A stretch of DNA of 64,000 nt. Origin: Phallusia mammillata. Its lineage: Eukaryota. Positions 1 through 14,684 of this stretch are shown one piece after another. The notes beneath the pieces were generated by a model. The model saw only the letters and a program-made list of their open reading frames with translations, was not told the origin of the DNA and did not search any database. The first letter of the stretch is position 1. Every line of letters starts with the position of its first letter. The stretch spans positions 8,308,001 through 8,372,000 of the forward strand of contig OZ281501.1 in assembly GCA_965637545.1 (NCBI GenBank), written 5' to 3'. Made by a program: the position numbers and the translations under genes.

Positions 1-243
1 AGCTTAGCCATGAATAATTGAGTTTAATCTTCTTATCCATGTAACTATTTTGTTTGTGTAAACAATGTGGCTGATTACAAAGGATTACAAACTAAATCAT
101 ACTATGGACTGTTTGCAAGCTTTTATGTTTGATAAAGATCTGTAAACACAATGTTTTAATATTTTGGGGATTATCTTTCCATAATAAGGATGCTTTGTTG
201 GCATGGTTTTAATTTGTTTTGTTTTGTGGGGTGCTTGTTGTAG

Positions 244-3200
244 TGGGAAAGTTACAACAGGCCATTGAAGAAAGGTGTGTTGTATGTCCTGGCTGATGCA
301 TCTGGCAAGAAATGGAAGAAGAGATACTGTGTCATGCAATCAAATTATGCCATGGAAGTATATGCATCAAAAGAGGTAAAAACACTGGTATTAATTTGAG
401 CTTTATATGTCCCAACATGAATTAAATTTCATTTAGATTCCAAATATAACATTTTATGAAGAATCTAACTAAACAAAGTTGAAATACAAAACTAATTTCA
501 TATTGTGGATAGATAATAGTTATTGTTTTAATATGCTTTCAACATTACCAGAGCTCTGCAAAAATTGCAAGCTTTTGCCACAGTCATAAACGTAGCAAAA
601 AAACGAAAATTTGATACCTATGTCCTGTTTAATGGCCTAATTTTTTGGGTGTTTGTTTGGTCAGTGTAAAGTAGTCTGTGCAAATAAACAATCCACAGCG
701 TCAAAACAAACTATGCCCTGTGGCAAAGTGTCTGACACACCTTTGTGTAACTATACTCGAAGTTGAGAATTTATTCTATGGCCTGTCAGATAATGGGAAA
801 GGATTTTATTCAGAAGTTATCCTAAAAATTTCTTGCAAGCTTGTTTATCATCTAAAACTTTTCTTATCCTCATCATTACTTTACAGGATTATGAAAAAGC
901 TGGAAAACCCAAAATATCAGCCAAATACAGTGGACATGATGTTGCTCAGAATGTTGATACATATCTTCAAGGCAAACTGAAAATTACATCTCGTGATTTT
1001 GGCAAGTAAAAGTAACCCAAATATGTTTGATGTTTAAAACCGAATTCCACAATCTAAGCAAACTAGATCAGTTCTTACCATACCACACATGTGAAACTAT
1101 ATATAACAGAAATTGCATGGTTTCTTTAATTCTGCTTTTTCCAGCTTAGGCACTATTTAATTGCAATATGTTTTTTGATATGTGAGGCAAAAAAGCATTA
1201 ATACTTCAACCTTTATTCTACATAAGGTTTAAATTCATTCTATAGCATGTTGTTACATAATATCGACCCACACACCATTTCTGTAAAAAAAACATTATTG
1301 TTATGTAGAAAAACCACAGATAGTCTGATCCTTATCTTATGGAAATGCAGAAAATCATTTTTCCAAGTGTTTACAAGCTAAACATGCATTGATAAAGGTT
1401 GCGTTTTTAGGTTATGTCAACCATGATGTATCAGCATTTATCAAGAAGGTGACATTAATTGGGCAAGCAGGGAAGCGACCCACTCAGCATATATTCTGTG
1501 TTGCTCATCAGTGGAGAGGCACCACCTATTTTGCTGCCGAAACTGCTGTGGAAAAAGATCACTGGGTCAGAATCCTAAAAGACAGTGTTCGACACTTGGA
1601 AGGTGATGACTAAAAAGACAATGTTTTGTTATATGTAGTTTTTTTTGTAGCAATGAAAGGCCATGATACAAACCAGTATTTACCTGGTGTATAGCTTAAG
1701 AAGTTTTAAGTGACTTTTCAGTCAAAGGTTTGTGTTTACGTTTAAAAGCGTAAATGTATGGTTTGTAAAATTTTAACAAAAATAATACATAATGCTTTTC
1801 CTACATTTTAATCATTTTCCCTTGGTTTATTTGTTGAAGCTGTTTTCAAAAATATTTAGCCAATAGAAATCAACTCCATCGTGTGAGAATAAACCATTGC
1901 TGCACTAAATCCATTATAATTATTTTGTAAACATTTGGTGAAAGGAGCTTTTATCTGTTGTAAAGGTTGGTCTAAGAATGTAGGAACAGTCCATACCAAA
2001 GTGACAGCCAATATCTGATTCTCACCATCTCAAAACAGAATAGCTGGTTTGTTTGCCAAACCAAATAGGGCTTGATAGCTAAGGTGGCTCTTTAACCAAC
2101 TTCCAAGGAATGTAATAAATCGTGAGCACTTGTCAACACTCAAAATTGCTTGCTTTGGGATAATTATTAACCATCTGCTTTGAAACTGTTGGCGCCAAAC
2201 AGAAATAAAATTTGGCCTTTTTGAAAGATGCAAGTTCAGTATTGAAGTTTGTAGCCCTATAAATACTATTTGACAAAGCCTTTGTCACGTAAAGCAAAGC
2301 ATTGCACAGCTTTAAATTTGGTTTTTGCTATATTTTTTAATTTGTTAACAAAATGCTGTGTATGCAGTTTACAGAATAAATCTAAATACATCAAGATTAC
2401 ATGTTTGGACTTTTTAAAAAAGAGGTACCAAAGAAAAATCGTTTCAAGAAATTTAAAGAAATGCATTTCTTGCCGTATAAAAACATCATCAGTTTCTCAT
2501 TCAAATAGAATGAATAAGAAACATAATTTCCAGATATAATTTTTGCTTTGTACCTGTGTTTTTTTTTAAATAAAAATAGTCTAAATATTCAACTGATTCA
2601 AAACTAGAAAAAATATTTTGTAAAAGACTAAATGTACAATATGATTGAAGATAAGGAATGTAAAGCCAGTATCCCCACTTTTTACATTACATAATTAAGT
2701 TAAATTTTTGTTGTTTGACCTGTTGTTGAAACAATCATCAAGAATTAGGGCATGTCCGGGCATGTCCACAATTTAGAAAGATAAAAATCCCAAGTCAATA
2801 TTGGTTGAATCACAGCAGAGTTGGTGACAACAAAATGATAAAATCATTTTTAATACCCTAAGAATTGTATTTTTCAAGTACCATTATAAAATATGACAGA
2901 TTTGCAATAAATAGACTTATTTAAAAAAAACTTTTATACTCATTTCATACATCAACAAACTTGTTCTACATAGAAAATTATTGAAAAGCGCTTTTGAGCC
3001 AGAAACTTATTGTATTGTAGAAAGAGCAAAAATCCTGTATTAGACCAAAATACAATGAACATATTTGCCTCGGATTGACCCAGGATGTACTAACTGGTTA
3101 AATGTTTACAGTAGACTTGGTGGTTTTAATTCAAAAAAATTGTCACATTTGAAACTTTGATTTGCAGGTACACAGTGTTCAAGTGAGACATCACGTGAGA

Positions 3201-6200
3201 CATTTGGTTTTGCATTGGAACAAACAATTCGCATGCAAGGATATTGTGTTCCTGCGGGAATTATTTGTGGAACACAGGAAGAGGTGAGCAGTATTATAAA
3301 TTTCAGATCGCAGTCAAATGAAAAATGATCATTTATCAGAAATTATTTTAAGCAAAATATTTTTTTGACTTGCAAATTTTAGAAAAAAATGTATTTGATC
3401 TGAAAGCAACAAAATGTCAATGTTTCTAGATTCTGACAGACCTTTTCTCGGACTGCCAGTCTTATGAATGTAAAGAAATTCTCCTACCTGCAATTAAAGG
3501 AGGCTTTGCTTCCAGATATAAAGTCTGGAATTATGTTTTGTTTGAACTGCGCAACATGACTAAGGTATGTGTCCCAGAAATTGTTTCAAAAAATGCTTTT
3601 TTTACATGTTTTAGCATTAAGTTTAACAGAACCAGGTACTTGACAAAATGGCTGAAAATACACCACTATTCATAGAAATTTTGAAACCTCAAAGGAAAGT
3701 ACAGTGCAGTACTCATTTAAATTATGAAAACTGTTTTTTTGAAATCACACAGGTTGTTTATTAATTCACAAAATCAGTAATAAATATTTTATTCAGTATT
3801 TATACCAAAATTGTCTGCAAGGCAAAATTAATTATTTGCCTGGGGCTAAAGTACTTTTAAATTTGCGGGATGTCAAAATCTATATTGTTGTAAATGTGTG
3901 GAAATGAATGATTGAAGATAGAAATATATTGTGAAAGTATGCCTGCGGTGTTCAAAAACCTTTACCAATTAATTCTGTTGGTAAAGATGTACTTTTTTAA
4001 CTTCATATTTTTTCCTCACTTCTTTTACATTGAAATTACAAAAAAACTTTGTTGACAAAATTTATCATAAAAAACTTTTCCTCTGTCTGTGATATTTTTT
4101 TTAGTTTTGGCAATTTTGATGTATTGGATGTCAATCATCAAACAATGAATTCAATTCATATGTTTGTAAGCAATTAAAGGCTCCAATGATATGTTTTTAA
4201 TAAACCAATACTTACAATTCAAATCTTAATAGCCTGATACCCTGCACTCCAACAGTTGTGACATGTGACATGTGCATTTTTGTGCAAAGTTTGTAAACAG
4301 AACTTCATTCTCCCAACTTTCTGAAACAGCCAAGCATTACAAACTGGGTCAACTTTAAAGTGTCTATTGAGTCTATTTGATAAACACTGTTTTCTTTGGC
4401 AAGGTGGGGCATTATATTTAGCCTTTCTCATGGAATCAGCACATGTGGCCCATAATTACAAACAAAAATATCCATATGCCACATGCCCTATATAACATAA
4501 TTGAACTTAAATGGTAGGTCATGTGTTATTGTTGAATACACAGTTTTGAATATAGATTGTATCTGGATGACTGTCAGTTGGTAATAATAAGTGGCAAGAA
4601 CGTTTGGTAAATAAAACAACTATGGTTTTCCAAATCAACAAAATATATAAATTTATTGTAACCAATGTGTAATAAAAAATAGTTATTCCCTGTTCTATGA
4701 AAAAACTGATAAACCTTTCAAAACCTGGAAATTGATGCTATCTGCAAAAAAATGTTTTGATGTTAAAAAAGGTTGAAAAAAGGCTTCAATGTTTCAATCA
4801 GCAAAATTTAAATGTTAAGTTTTGTGATAAAGAATATTTTGTTTGATATAAATGTTGTAATTTTTAACTGTTAAACTTTTGCTTTCTACAGGATATTGTT
4901 TGTTTCTATCATTATTTTGCATTTTGTGTAGGGAATTGTCATTAAAGAGTTTGTGAAAAAAAGACAACAGTTCGAGGAGAAATGTGAATCTCGCAGACAG
5001 GATATCATTGCCAACCTTCCACAGTTAAATGCAGCCTATGAATCAACCTCAAATGCCATTAAAGGTAAAATTGGCACCTTTTTTTAGGTTAACTATATAT
5101 ATACATGAATTTGTAGTGTTTTATATAAATATAAGATGTACATTTTTTTTATTGCATTAAAGCTCGAAAAACATTTTAATTTTAGTAGATTAAAAAAATG
5201 TCTCGTTTTTGTCGCAACCAACTTTGTTGATAGCAATTCTTCAATTTCATTAATGTGTGCTTAGTTGCCATACACTTTTTAACGAAACTGGTCATGTGAA
5301 TGTACTTCAAGCAAACAGTCAAGTAGTAATTGTTTTGATTTTTCTGCCTCTGAGTCATGTAGGTTTGCCAATGCTAGTTTGTTGTTCTTTGTCATTCAAG
5401 TGGTGGCAATTGAAAGTGGCAAATAAAACAAGTTTGGCACTTGTGTTTTTAGGAGGTCTCTCTGAGTGCTTTGATCAGGTTGTGGTTGGGGAAATTCTGC
5501 CAAGACTCCCTGAGGTGGTTAGTGCCATGTCTGATTCGGTAAGAATAAAAATTAATGCCAAATAATAACGTTTACACTTTGGTTCTCAAAGATATTGTAA
5601 TAATCCATTTCATTTATTTCTGTCATAACAATCTATTTTGTTGTTTCTAAATCAAAAGTATGAAAAATTATTTGTCAAACTGAATTACCTGCATTAAATG
5701 TTTAATTCCTAAAAAATATTATTTTTCTTTATTTGTAAATGAAAAAAATGTTGCATGGCAGGCATATCCACACAAACTTTTTTGCAAAGTGAATAAATTG
5801 ATGCCAAGCATTAGTGCAAGCAATATTTTGTCTGAGGTCACCCTTGTTTGGTTTGCAAGTGATTTTTTGAATAATAAACACATTATGTCAACTGCCACAA
5901 CAACATGCGAAACTGCACAGCATGCACTGAGCTGCCATGATTAACTACCAAGAAGCAAGCATGCTATTAATTCTGCTTCCTGTTCTGGTTTCCCACATAG
6001 AAAATGACGTAACAAAGTCATGAAATTGGTGCCAGGCTATTGTACTCAAAGTGCATTGTATGCCGTGGTTCCAATTCTACCTTTATTTCATAGTTTCACT
6101 GCAAGGAGCCAAAAGGGCACACCCACTTTTGGTTTTGCTGTTTAAATATTTTTTTAAACTTAAACAATCTTGTACACTTGATTTCAAACATGATTGTTTT

Positions 6201-9200
6201 GTATCTGCAGCTTGTCACACCATTGCGTGCTACAAGAGAGTTGTTCCTAACACTTGTCGAAGGAGTTCAGAAAGCTGTGACATCTTCAACAAACCAACAA
6301 TTTGCCAACAATGTTGATCAATATTTTCTAAATACTTTGGATTTTGCTCCCAGGTGAAAAATGAAGTAAAACCTCTAAAAATCAGTTATCTTGGCTTCAT
6401 ACTTAAATAAAAATTGGTTTCAAACTAGTTTTTCCCTTTCATTTGGAATTAAAGTCACTTTCCATGCCCGATTTTAATTGACTACCCTATGGTATACTCT
6501 AATTTTTTTCAATATCAGTATTAATGATTTGATTTAGTAAAAAATCGTTTATCGACATCAATAATTTTATGTTTAAAAAGTATCAGCGTTGTATAACGGT
6601 AAACAAAGAAGCATTCACACCAAACCGAATTTGGAAAGAGTGTCAATATCAGTGTGTGTGGCAGGAAACACGCTGAATTTCATCCCCACAGTAAATACAC
6701 AATTCAAAACGCCTTTAAACAGTCTGTTATTCTGAATGCACTTGTTATGCGATAAAACAGATAAGAATTGGAAAAATTAAATCGATCAATTTCGTTTTTT
6801 TGGCAAACGTGAAGCCACGTCTAACCCGAACGCAAAAAAAAATTACAATTCATATTTGTTCAAATGTTGATTTTTTGGTCACTTAGAAATCCGGATTTCG
6901 TATGTCCTATGAGCGATTCGATGAGCAGCAAGAAACCGATCATCAGCATGTTGGAAAACATGTTTCCACGCACCGATTTCAGTTCCCATATCGACAGCAT
7001 CTTCACATACCAACAGAAGGTAAGTTAATATTTCCTGACCGGTTTCCACAAATAAAGTTTCGCTTTCTTGCAGATCCTTTTTGTTTTTTCAATTGATTTA
7101 CATTCAAATACATAGCTAAGTACGCTTGATAAAATGGTTGTTGGAAATTACCGAAAAATATCTATTTTGCAAACCGTTTGTAAACCCAATTCGAAAATGT
7201 GCTTTCAAAAATATGCTTTAAGGCATTAGTTCTTAAACGTGCAACGAACCTAGTTCCCGTGTTATGAAATATCAAGTTAACCGAAAATTATCACTCTTGT
7301 TGCATTTGCGCTTGTGTTCTGATGTTAAACTACGTAGGCGTGTCAGGAAACAACCACGAATTAAAAATCTGCATAATGATGTACTGTGTTGTTGTTTTGA
7401 CGCCTGGCAGGTTATAAATTATGTAAACACCAGGGATAGGGTCAAGTCAAGACATTTGGTAATAACTCATGCATATTCATTTTTTACTACTGGTTCTTTT
7501 TCCTAAATAAAGTCAATATAAATGTGATTGCGAACAAAAAATGATATTGCAGGTCGATTTGTGTCGACTTGAAAATGCATTGTCGAAGGAGCTTTTAAGT
7601 TTGTTATAGTTAGCGTGGCGACAAAAATCGCGGCAATTCATCTAAACCAGTGGTTTTCAACGTATGGTACGGCGGAACTTTTACGATGGTATGCGAGTAA
7701 CATTCTGCTATACTTAATTTACGTCGTCAGACCATGAATTGCAACTTAACTAACCCAACTGAATAACCTTGGTTTTGGGCAAAACTCATGTCTTGGACGT
7801 TCTTTTGTAATTGCTAATCTTGCTGATTTTCGAAATATGCAGTCCTAGTCAAGACGAATATATATATATATATATATATATATCTTGTTCTACCCTTCAC
7901 AGAAAATGTTGGTTTGCCATAAGAATATGGTTAAAACCACTGATTCAAAATAACCATAATGCCTGTTGTGGCTGCGTTGCGTTGAAATGTTAAAGAGCAG
8001 AGGGCACGAATGATCGCAGAGTGCAAAATTCTCCATTGATACGCTATTTTTAAACAAGGTGGCATTTAAAGAAGAATCTTTGAATTGTTATAGATTTTTG
8101 TTCATTAAAAAATCTATATCAAAGAAACAGTCAAGCTAATATTGAAAATAACCAGCTATGTTAGGTTAAGCGGTGAGGTTGCTGCAATGTAACGTGTAAT
8201 TGGCCGTATTGCTATTCTGAATAAATTTAGGAAACGTCTAAAACCGCTATAAAAAATCTTATATTTTGTGCAAATTCGGTTACAGAAAAACGCTTTTCAA
8301 TCGTTTTACACATTAGGGCGTGATATAATGAAATTTTCCTGAAAATCAATCTAAGCAAATTCGATTTATAAAGGAGTGCTGGTTTAGGTTTCCGTTTTGT
8401 CCAACGACTAGAATGGCATATAATTAGTCTTGTTTAATCCCACAGTATCATGGGAGCGGCTTGAGCGGTCATAACTTAATTGTTGAAAGAAAAGGGACGC
8501 TATACTTGTTGAAGGCTTGAACAATGAAATTGGTTGTTAAACATAACTTCTATGTGATACACACATGGTCTCTGACATAGATATTATGTGTTTAACTTGA
8601 ATAGTTCTGGTGCTATAACAGCAATATATTAACATCTAAAAACAACTTACTGTTTCGGGATAAGTAATAATTGTTCGCGTTTCATTAACGCTGATGTCGA
8701 ATTCCAGAGTGTCCACATAAAATGTGTCATTAACAGATGCTAAACTTCGTTAAGATTTACGAGTTTGTGAGCAAGATCTTTCTTTCTAGTTGCTGGACAC
8801 GGCAGTGTACACATTCGAAACCCTGTGTGGTGATGCAGTCAACCAGAACGATGGTAAACTCACCCCTTCTACGATCGCCAAAGTTCGGACCCGTGTTCTA
8901 AAGGTAGGACTTTTTCGTTTTTTTTAATCAAGCATATTGACAGTGAGTAATTTTGCTTTCTTGCGCTATTTAACGGGTGTGTGCTGGGTTTATTGTTTCT
9001 TGATGGTTGGTGCCCTAATTTACGTCAACCCATAAGTTTCTTTGGGTTGGGCCAATGCCTCTGAGTTTTTTGCCCAGGAAAACACAAGGGTTAAGGCAGG
9101 GTGAGAACATGTTGTCTTTTGTTATTAGAACTTGAATTGTCAAATTTGTCATCAAATAAGCCGCTTTGTGAGATATTTGTCAAGCTTGATTTAATTCACA

Positions 9201-12200
9201 TGTGCTGGATTAAAATGCAACAAAAACTCTTTGTTTAATGGTGCTCGAAAACTGGTAAAGATTATGATTTAATGCAAGTTTGAGTCACCTTGGTGAAAGT
9301 TCTAGATTAGACCATGCGACAAATTGGAATTTCAGCTACTTTCAGCAAAAGTATTCTTGTATGGAACGCTAAAGTATGTTACGTATATGGATTATCTGAA
9401 ACGAAATCTCGATTCTTTTGACTTTTTAGCTAAACAGAAAATAGAAAAAATGTATTTCGTAATCTTCAAAGCGCAAAAGTTTTCGCACGACAAAAAATTA
9501 CCTACTTCAGCCAGAAAGACACAAAAAGATGAGAAAGTATCGTTTGTGTTTCTGGGCATGCACAAACTTATGAGTACAATGAGGACCACTGTGGGCAAGA
9601 TCAGATATGCACGGTGTGGTCAGACACCAGTTTATATATTATGCGATGAGATTTCGCCAGCGCTGCGCAGGTGTGCTACCGTTCTGCTTATAGAGGAAAG
9701 ACTTCCAAGAACCCCAACGAAAGACAAAACATTAGATCCCATTCCTCCAATGGAAACGGCAGCAAGCTTGGCAAGCTACATTTTTTGTGGCCCACGAAAT
9801 GTGTTAAGGTTAGGAAAACGTGTTGCCAGCAAAGTATAGAGCAGAGGTTTTCAATTTCTTTTCTCTCGTTCGGAGATTTGACAGACAGAATCTACCCCAA
9901 ATTTTCTTTAGCACACTAATTACAAGTGCCCAATGAGTCAGTTTATGGTTTATTTTTTTTGTCCAGCGCTTTATGACTATTTTTTTATTTCAATGCAAGT
10001 TCGGGAAGATTTGGCCTGTGCGACCCAAAGCGTTGATCTATATCGCAATTTCGACATTCAATGTGGCCACTGTGACGCAATAAGCAAGGCTCAGACGGCA
10101 GTTTGCGTTTCCTGTGTACGTGTTGGCAACACCACCAACAACGTCAATTGGATTGGCTCAATGTAGTTGAACCGAATCGTGGGAATTTCCTATTCCCTGC
10201 TGGCTACTTCTGCGCCCTTTGTTGCTATTACTGCGTCCTGGTGTCACATTGCGGCATTCGAACTCCTGTGCCAGGGTTGCAGACTTTCTGTGTCGTGATC
10301 GCCTAATTTGGGGAACACTTTTTTCAGCTCGGAGTGATTAGCAGAGTTACATGGGAAAGTTTGTCATTTGTGGTTCTTTTTCGCAATTCAATCCAAATCT
10401 GCGACTGGTTTTCTCTGTGTTGCAAACAAATACAAATAAGGAAACAACGAATCCGAAATATATATGTTAATGCAAGAATAACTAAAAAAAATTTTAAAGA
10501 AGGATTTTTTTTAACATTAGGATTAGGAATCACCCCAAAATTAATATGACACTTTAACCAGTCTTGTCAAAAAGCGTATGAATGATTTTTATCAAGCAAT
10601 TTAACTTGATTACAAAATGCCTAGAAATAAGTAATGTTGATGAAGTTACGTGCATGACATATAACCAAATTTAAGTTCAAAACTATAAGGTTTTAAGTAA
10701 GTTATGATTAAGAGCTAGTGAATCACATGAACAAACTGTTTGTCTTGTAATTTTGAACGCAAAGTCGTAATTTATCCTAAAAGTTGCGGTTACAACACGT
10801 CACTACTTCGAGGTAACTTGACGTTACGCAGAAAATGGCTGTCTACGTTCGGTGTAATCCTCTTATAATGGACGGTGTTAAAATGCCAACACGCCGTTTA
10901 CGCCTTGACGTTTTCACTCCTACTCGAATACTGAGAAAAACGTGTGTAATTTCCCGTTTAAAAACTTTTCGAAATAGGATTTGGCTAATCAGTGGGGTAA
11001 AAATATTTTACACGTTTTTAGACTGCGAAGTTAAGGAGTACTTTCTTTTGCGGTACAATCGTATGCAGGTTATGTGACAGTGTTTGTTAGAAATTTTACC
11101 ATTATGTAAGTGTTATACAAAACCTAAATTTGTTTTCTCAGAAATTGGATTACGACATTATTCTGGCACAAAGGCGATTCTTCCGCGCTGTCATTAAATC
11201 CGGCACTATGGAGCATACGAGAGAATCGATCGAGCAAACTTGCAAACCGGTAAGATAACTCACTGTGTTGAATTGCAGTCCAGTAACTAAATTTGCATAA
11301 AACAGAAATGCCACAATGTCTGTACCTGCGTATATAAATACTTGCAATCTTTATCGTGAAATGGCAGCAGGTCATTTAGCTTATTTACGTGATATACCAC
11401 AACAAATTATTGCATAACATTTAGCGTACAATGTAGCCTCTGCACAATACTGAATCACAAGTCAAAAGCACCTTTGATTCAGTGAATTTTCTTTAAACTC
11501 AATTCTAAAGTCACGTTGTAAAAATTTGGTGTAAATTTTCTTGCAGAAAATGTTGGATTTTGAGGCGACGATTCCAGACGATTTATCTCAATATATGCCG
11601 ATCAGTAACGTTTTTACTGACGTCCTGACGAAACGCTTCACTGAACTGATCAATCCCGGTAAGTTTGTGCATCGAAGTTTTTTTTTGTTGCGCAATGTCC
11701 ACAGATAGCCCAAGATATGAAGATACATTCGACTAGTTTTGTTTTACACGACCTGTCTTTAACGTAGACCCTTTCTAACCCAAGCAATTGCTATTTTCCC
11801 CTTTTGTAAAAGAAACTGTTTTGTTTGGCTTGGTAATAATCTTAGTGTAATTTGAAAATTGATTTTTAAATAATTTAAGGCAAGTGTCCCACTGCATTCT
11901 GTTGTTTTTATTTCCAAGCCAAATGTTCCGAATTTGACTTATTGATCTAAAACGTTTGTCAGAATATTAATGACTACAAAGCTAGTGTGAGAAGGAAAAT
12001 AGCCTTTACTGAATGTTTTACACAGCCCTGACCAACTGCATGAAACAACTAATGTCAGATAATCTGGCTGGATTTCATTTCCGCTCATCCAGTACACTCA
12101 GTTCTGTTTCATCTTATTCCTCTGCTGTAGAAGAAGATCCCAACAAACCTGCGTAAGTTACATGTGTCTGCTTCATCACATGTGTCTGCTTCGAAAATCA

Positions 12201-13717
12201 TTTTGTTAACATACGATATTAAACCAAAACTACAGTTGTTCTGCTCAATCGAAAACCAAAACTCCTAGGTAAGACACAGTACTTGGCCGAATTAACCTGA
12301 TAAAGTTTCATGGTGACCTATCTATGCATTGAATCATTTCTGTTGTTAAAAACTTAGGTGTTTCTGCCTCTAAAATAAACGTTGTTTTTGCTTCTATGTC
12401 AGACATGCGTGAATGTTTCGTCTTCATAATGCGGTTTTAAGCGATGTTGTATGGTCAATTAATATCGAAAACGACCATGTTCAGTATCACGTATTAGGAC
12501 ACCGCCCATGTCCGGCATGCAAGGGACAAAAACCTTGTTGAAATGTAATTTACAAAAAGGCTGTTTCCGTAAATTAAAAAACTTACCGTACAATAATAAA
12601 ATGAAAAAACACGTATTGTCAAATCGTATCAATTTTCAAGTCACAAATGCAACATAATGTCTACTTATACAGATCTCGAACAACGAAGCCCTTAATTTCA
12701 CGAGACACGAACGGAGAGCTATCTCCTCATCTCAACAATTGTGTACCAAGCTCCGGCAGTAATCCCTCGGCATCGGTGGTCGTAGAGCAAAGTGTACAAG
12801 AAGAGGATGAACCTTGCGCTTCGGGAATGGACGGAGAAACCGGGGAGACTTACAAGGCAAGAAAACCCGACAAAATAAACCTGACTGATTATCTAGTTCA
12901 AGATCACAATCCTAGTCCAGATGTGGAATTAGGGGAAAGAGAAGTGGAAAAGTTGGCTTTAGAAGACGATACTCAGATTGAACTAGTATCAGAGGTCCCT
13001 ACAAATGAAAACACAGAAATTACTGAACATGAAACTGATATGTTGAATGTGGAAGAAAATGAACAGGCTGCTAATACGGAAAATACGGAATGTTCGGATA
13101 ACTTGGCACTGGATGAAGGAATTACGGATAACGTTGTTTCCGAGGAAAAGGGAACTGGTGATGATGCTTCGGAAGAAAAGCAAGTACCTGATTTGGAGCA
13201 GCAAGACTCAGATGAAAATCATCACAAAGATGAGGTTGCGAGCAATGATGGGGGAATTCCAAAGGAGCTCTCACGAAAAACATCATCTGATGAAAATGAC
13301 TCCGATCAGGATAAAAGCTCCAGTGAAGATGAAAGCACGTCCCAACTTCCTGAAAACAAAGAGAAAATCCAAGATTTGGGGATGGACCAAAGTAAAGACG
13401 CTGAAAAGTTTGATGATGAAACTGGACAAGGAACAAGCGATTATTTGAACAATAATCATGCTCCGATTGTAAATGGACACCCTGAAACGGACTCTAATGT
13501 ACAAATGGGACTATGTAACGGAGTAGGGGATCATGAGGTATCAGAAGGCAGAGAACAGATGCATAACGGGATATCTTCATTGCATGATGAAACTGGACAA
13601 ACTAACGGCGGTGAAACGGTTTGTAATGGACCGTGCGCAAACTATGTTACACAAACAGACGATTCTGGGGAAATTGTCAGTTTAACAAACTGCAACGGTG
13701 TACAGCCTTGCCACTAG
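244..13717 (+). CDS. Niban/FAM129-family protein (PH domain + helical Niban domain + acidic tail), spliced, 5' end outside the window
   Basis: Phase-consistent exons: 244(or 261)-375, 887-1001, 1411-1602, 3168-3283, 3430-3564, 4932-5064, 5453-5538, 6211-6353, 6887-7019, 8790-8903, 11142-11249, 11547-11658, 12026-12152, 12673-13717. Translations resemble Niban proteins from memory: KKWKKRYCVMQSNYAMEVYASKE, WVRILKDSVRHL, ICGTQEE-ILTDL, LLDTAVYTFETL...KVRTRVLK-KLDYD, EQTCKP. The last exon is the 356-aa acidic ORF. The vertebrate paralog (NIBAN1/2/3) cannot be assigned. Confidence 0.88.
7648..7942. mobile_element. Degenerate hAT (Buster-like) MITE containing a (TA)n microsatellite
   Basis: Ends CAGTGGTTTTCAAC / GGTTAAAACCACTG; flanks ATCTAAAC vs ATTCAAAA match only partly. 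Confidence 0.5.
7859..7883. repeat. (TA)n microsatellite
   Basis: About 12 AT dinucleotides in a row. Confidence 0.9.
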
Positions 13718-14684
13718 TTACATGCTTCATAAAATTCATTCGGCCTTAAGCAACACGGTAATAATTTTTCAGCAGATGACAGATTTTAAACATTGGCTAA
13801 TTTACGTGGAGATTAGTTTCACTGTCAGAAACTTTAAAACTTTGTTTTTTATCGTACTTGCCGTTGGTCTCAAGTGGGTCCGCACAACCCCACTGGTCGC
13901 CACATTAATTACCAACAGTAAACCGCATATTCCTCACATTTTATATGTAAACCATTTCCACACACATACGTCCTTCATTGCCAAGGTGTCGTTAAATTGT
14001 ACTGCATTCCTGAACTGACACACAAAAGCGGTTGCAAAGAACAAATGTCTTATCTTATTCCCTTTTTTTATAAATTGCCTCTAGTTTTTAACACACAAAG
14101 TTCCAAAAAACTTTTTCCAGCGCACCGCATGTTGTATGACGTAAACGCGTGTGCTGCGGTAAAACGTGAAGGCCCTCGGGCTTTAAGGCGAGCACGAAAT
14201 ATCACGTGTTGGTTTGGGTAAACGATTTGAGTATGGTAACCGCCCCTTGATCGCCAAAGGCAAACCACCGATCGCATATTAGCTGTCAAGTACACGTCCG
14301 TGGTCGTGATCGTGATATTAGAGCGTGAATGCATGCGATGACGTCTTTACCGCTGGGTGCGTGACGTCACCTCAACGAAATGCTAGCATTAGTGCTTGAA
14401 TAGCATACAGACCCGTTCTCCTTCAGGTGTTGCACATCTTTACAGTGTAGATTTGATAACAACCTCATTCCTTGAGTATCACTGCCCTAACATGCCCTAT
14501 TGAGTGTTTTAATTAGTTTTACTGGAAATGTAAAGTTTGTAGCAAATGTTAGTTTTTTTATACACTCTGGAACTTGAACTCACGTCTTTGTGTTTTTTGT
14601 GCAATTTACCAAGAAAAAAAATCCCGAATGTGTTAACTTTTTTACTTTTGTATTTGCGCTGAAAAGGGGACCGATAACTTACAC

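Noticed and set aside
9324-9839. 171-aa ORF as an independent gene
   Set aside because: Non-ATG start, no recognisable motif, and it lies inside a Niban intron; likely chance.
12155-12195. Short direct duplications (ACATGTGTCTGCTTC x2; similar ones at about 22690-22725 and 31520-31560)
   Set aside because: Ordinary slippage-type microduplications in introns.
12989-13504. Overlapping ORFs on other frames or strands of the Niban last exon
   Set aside because: Shadows of the biased acidic coding sequence.
14410-14470. Possible pre-miRNA hairpin between Niban and crumbs
   Set aside because: Only about 14 pairs with several bulges by hand folding; too short and weak.
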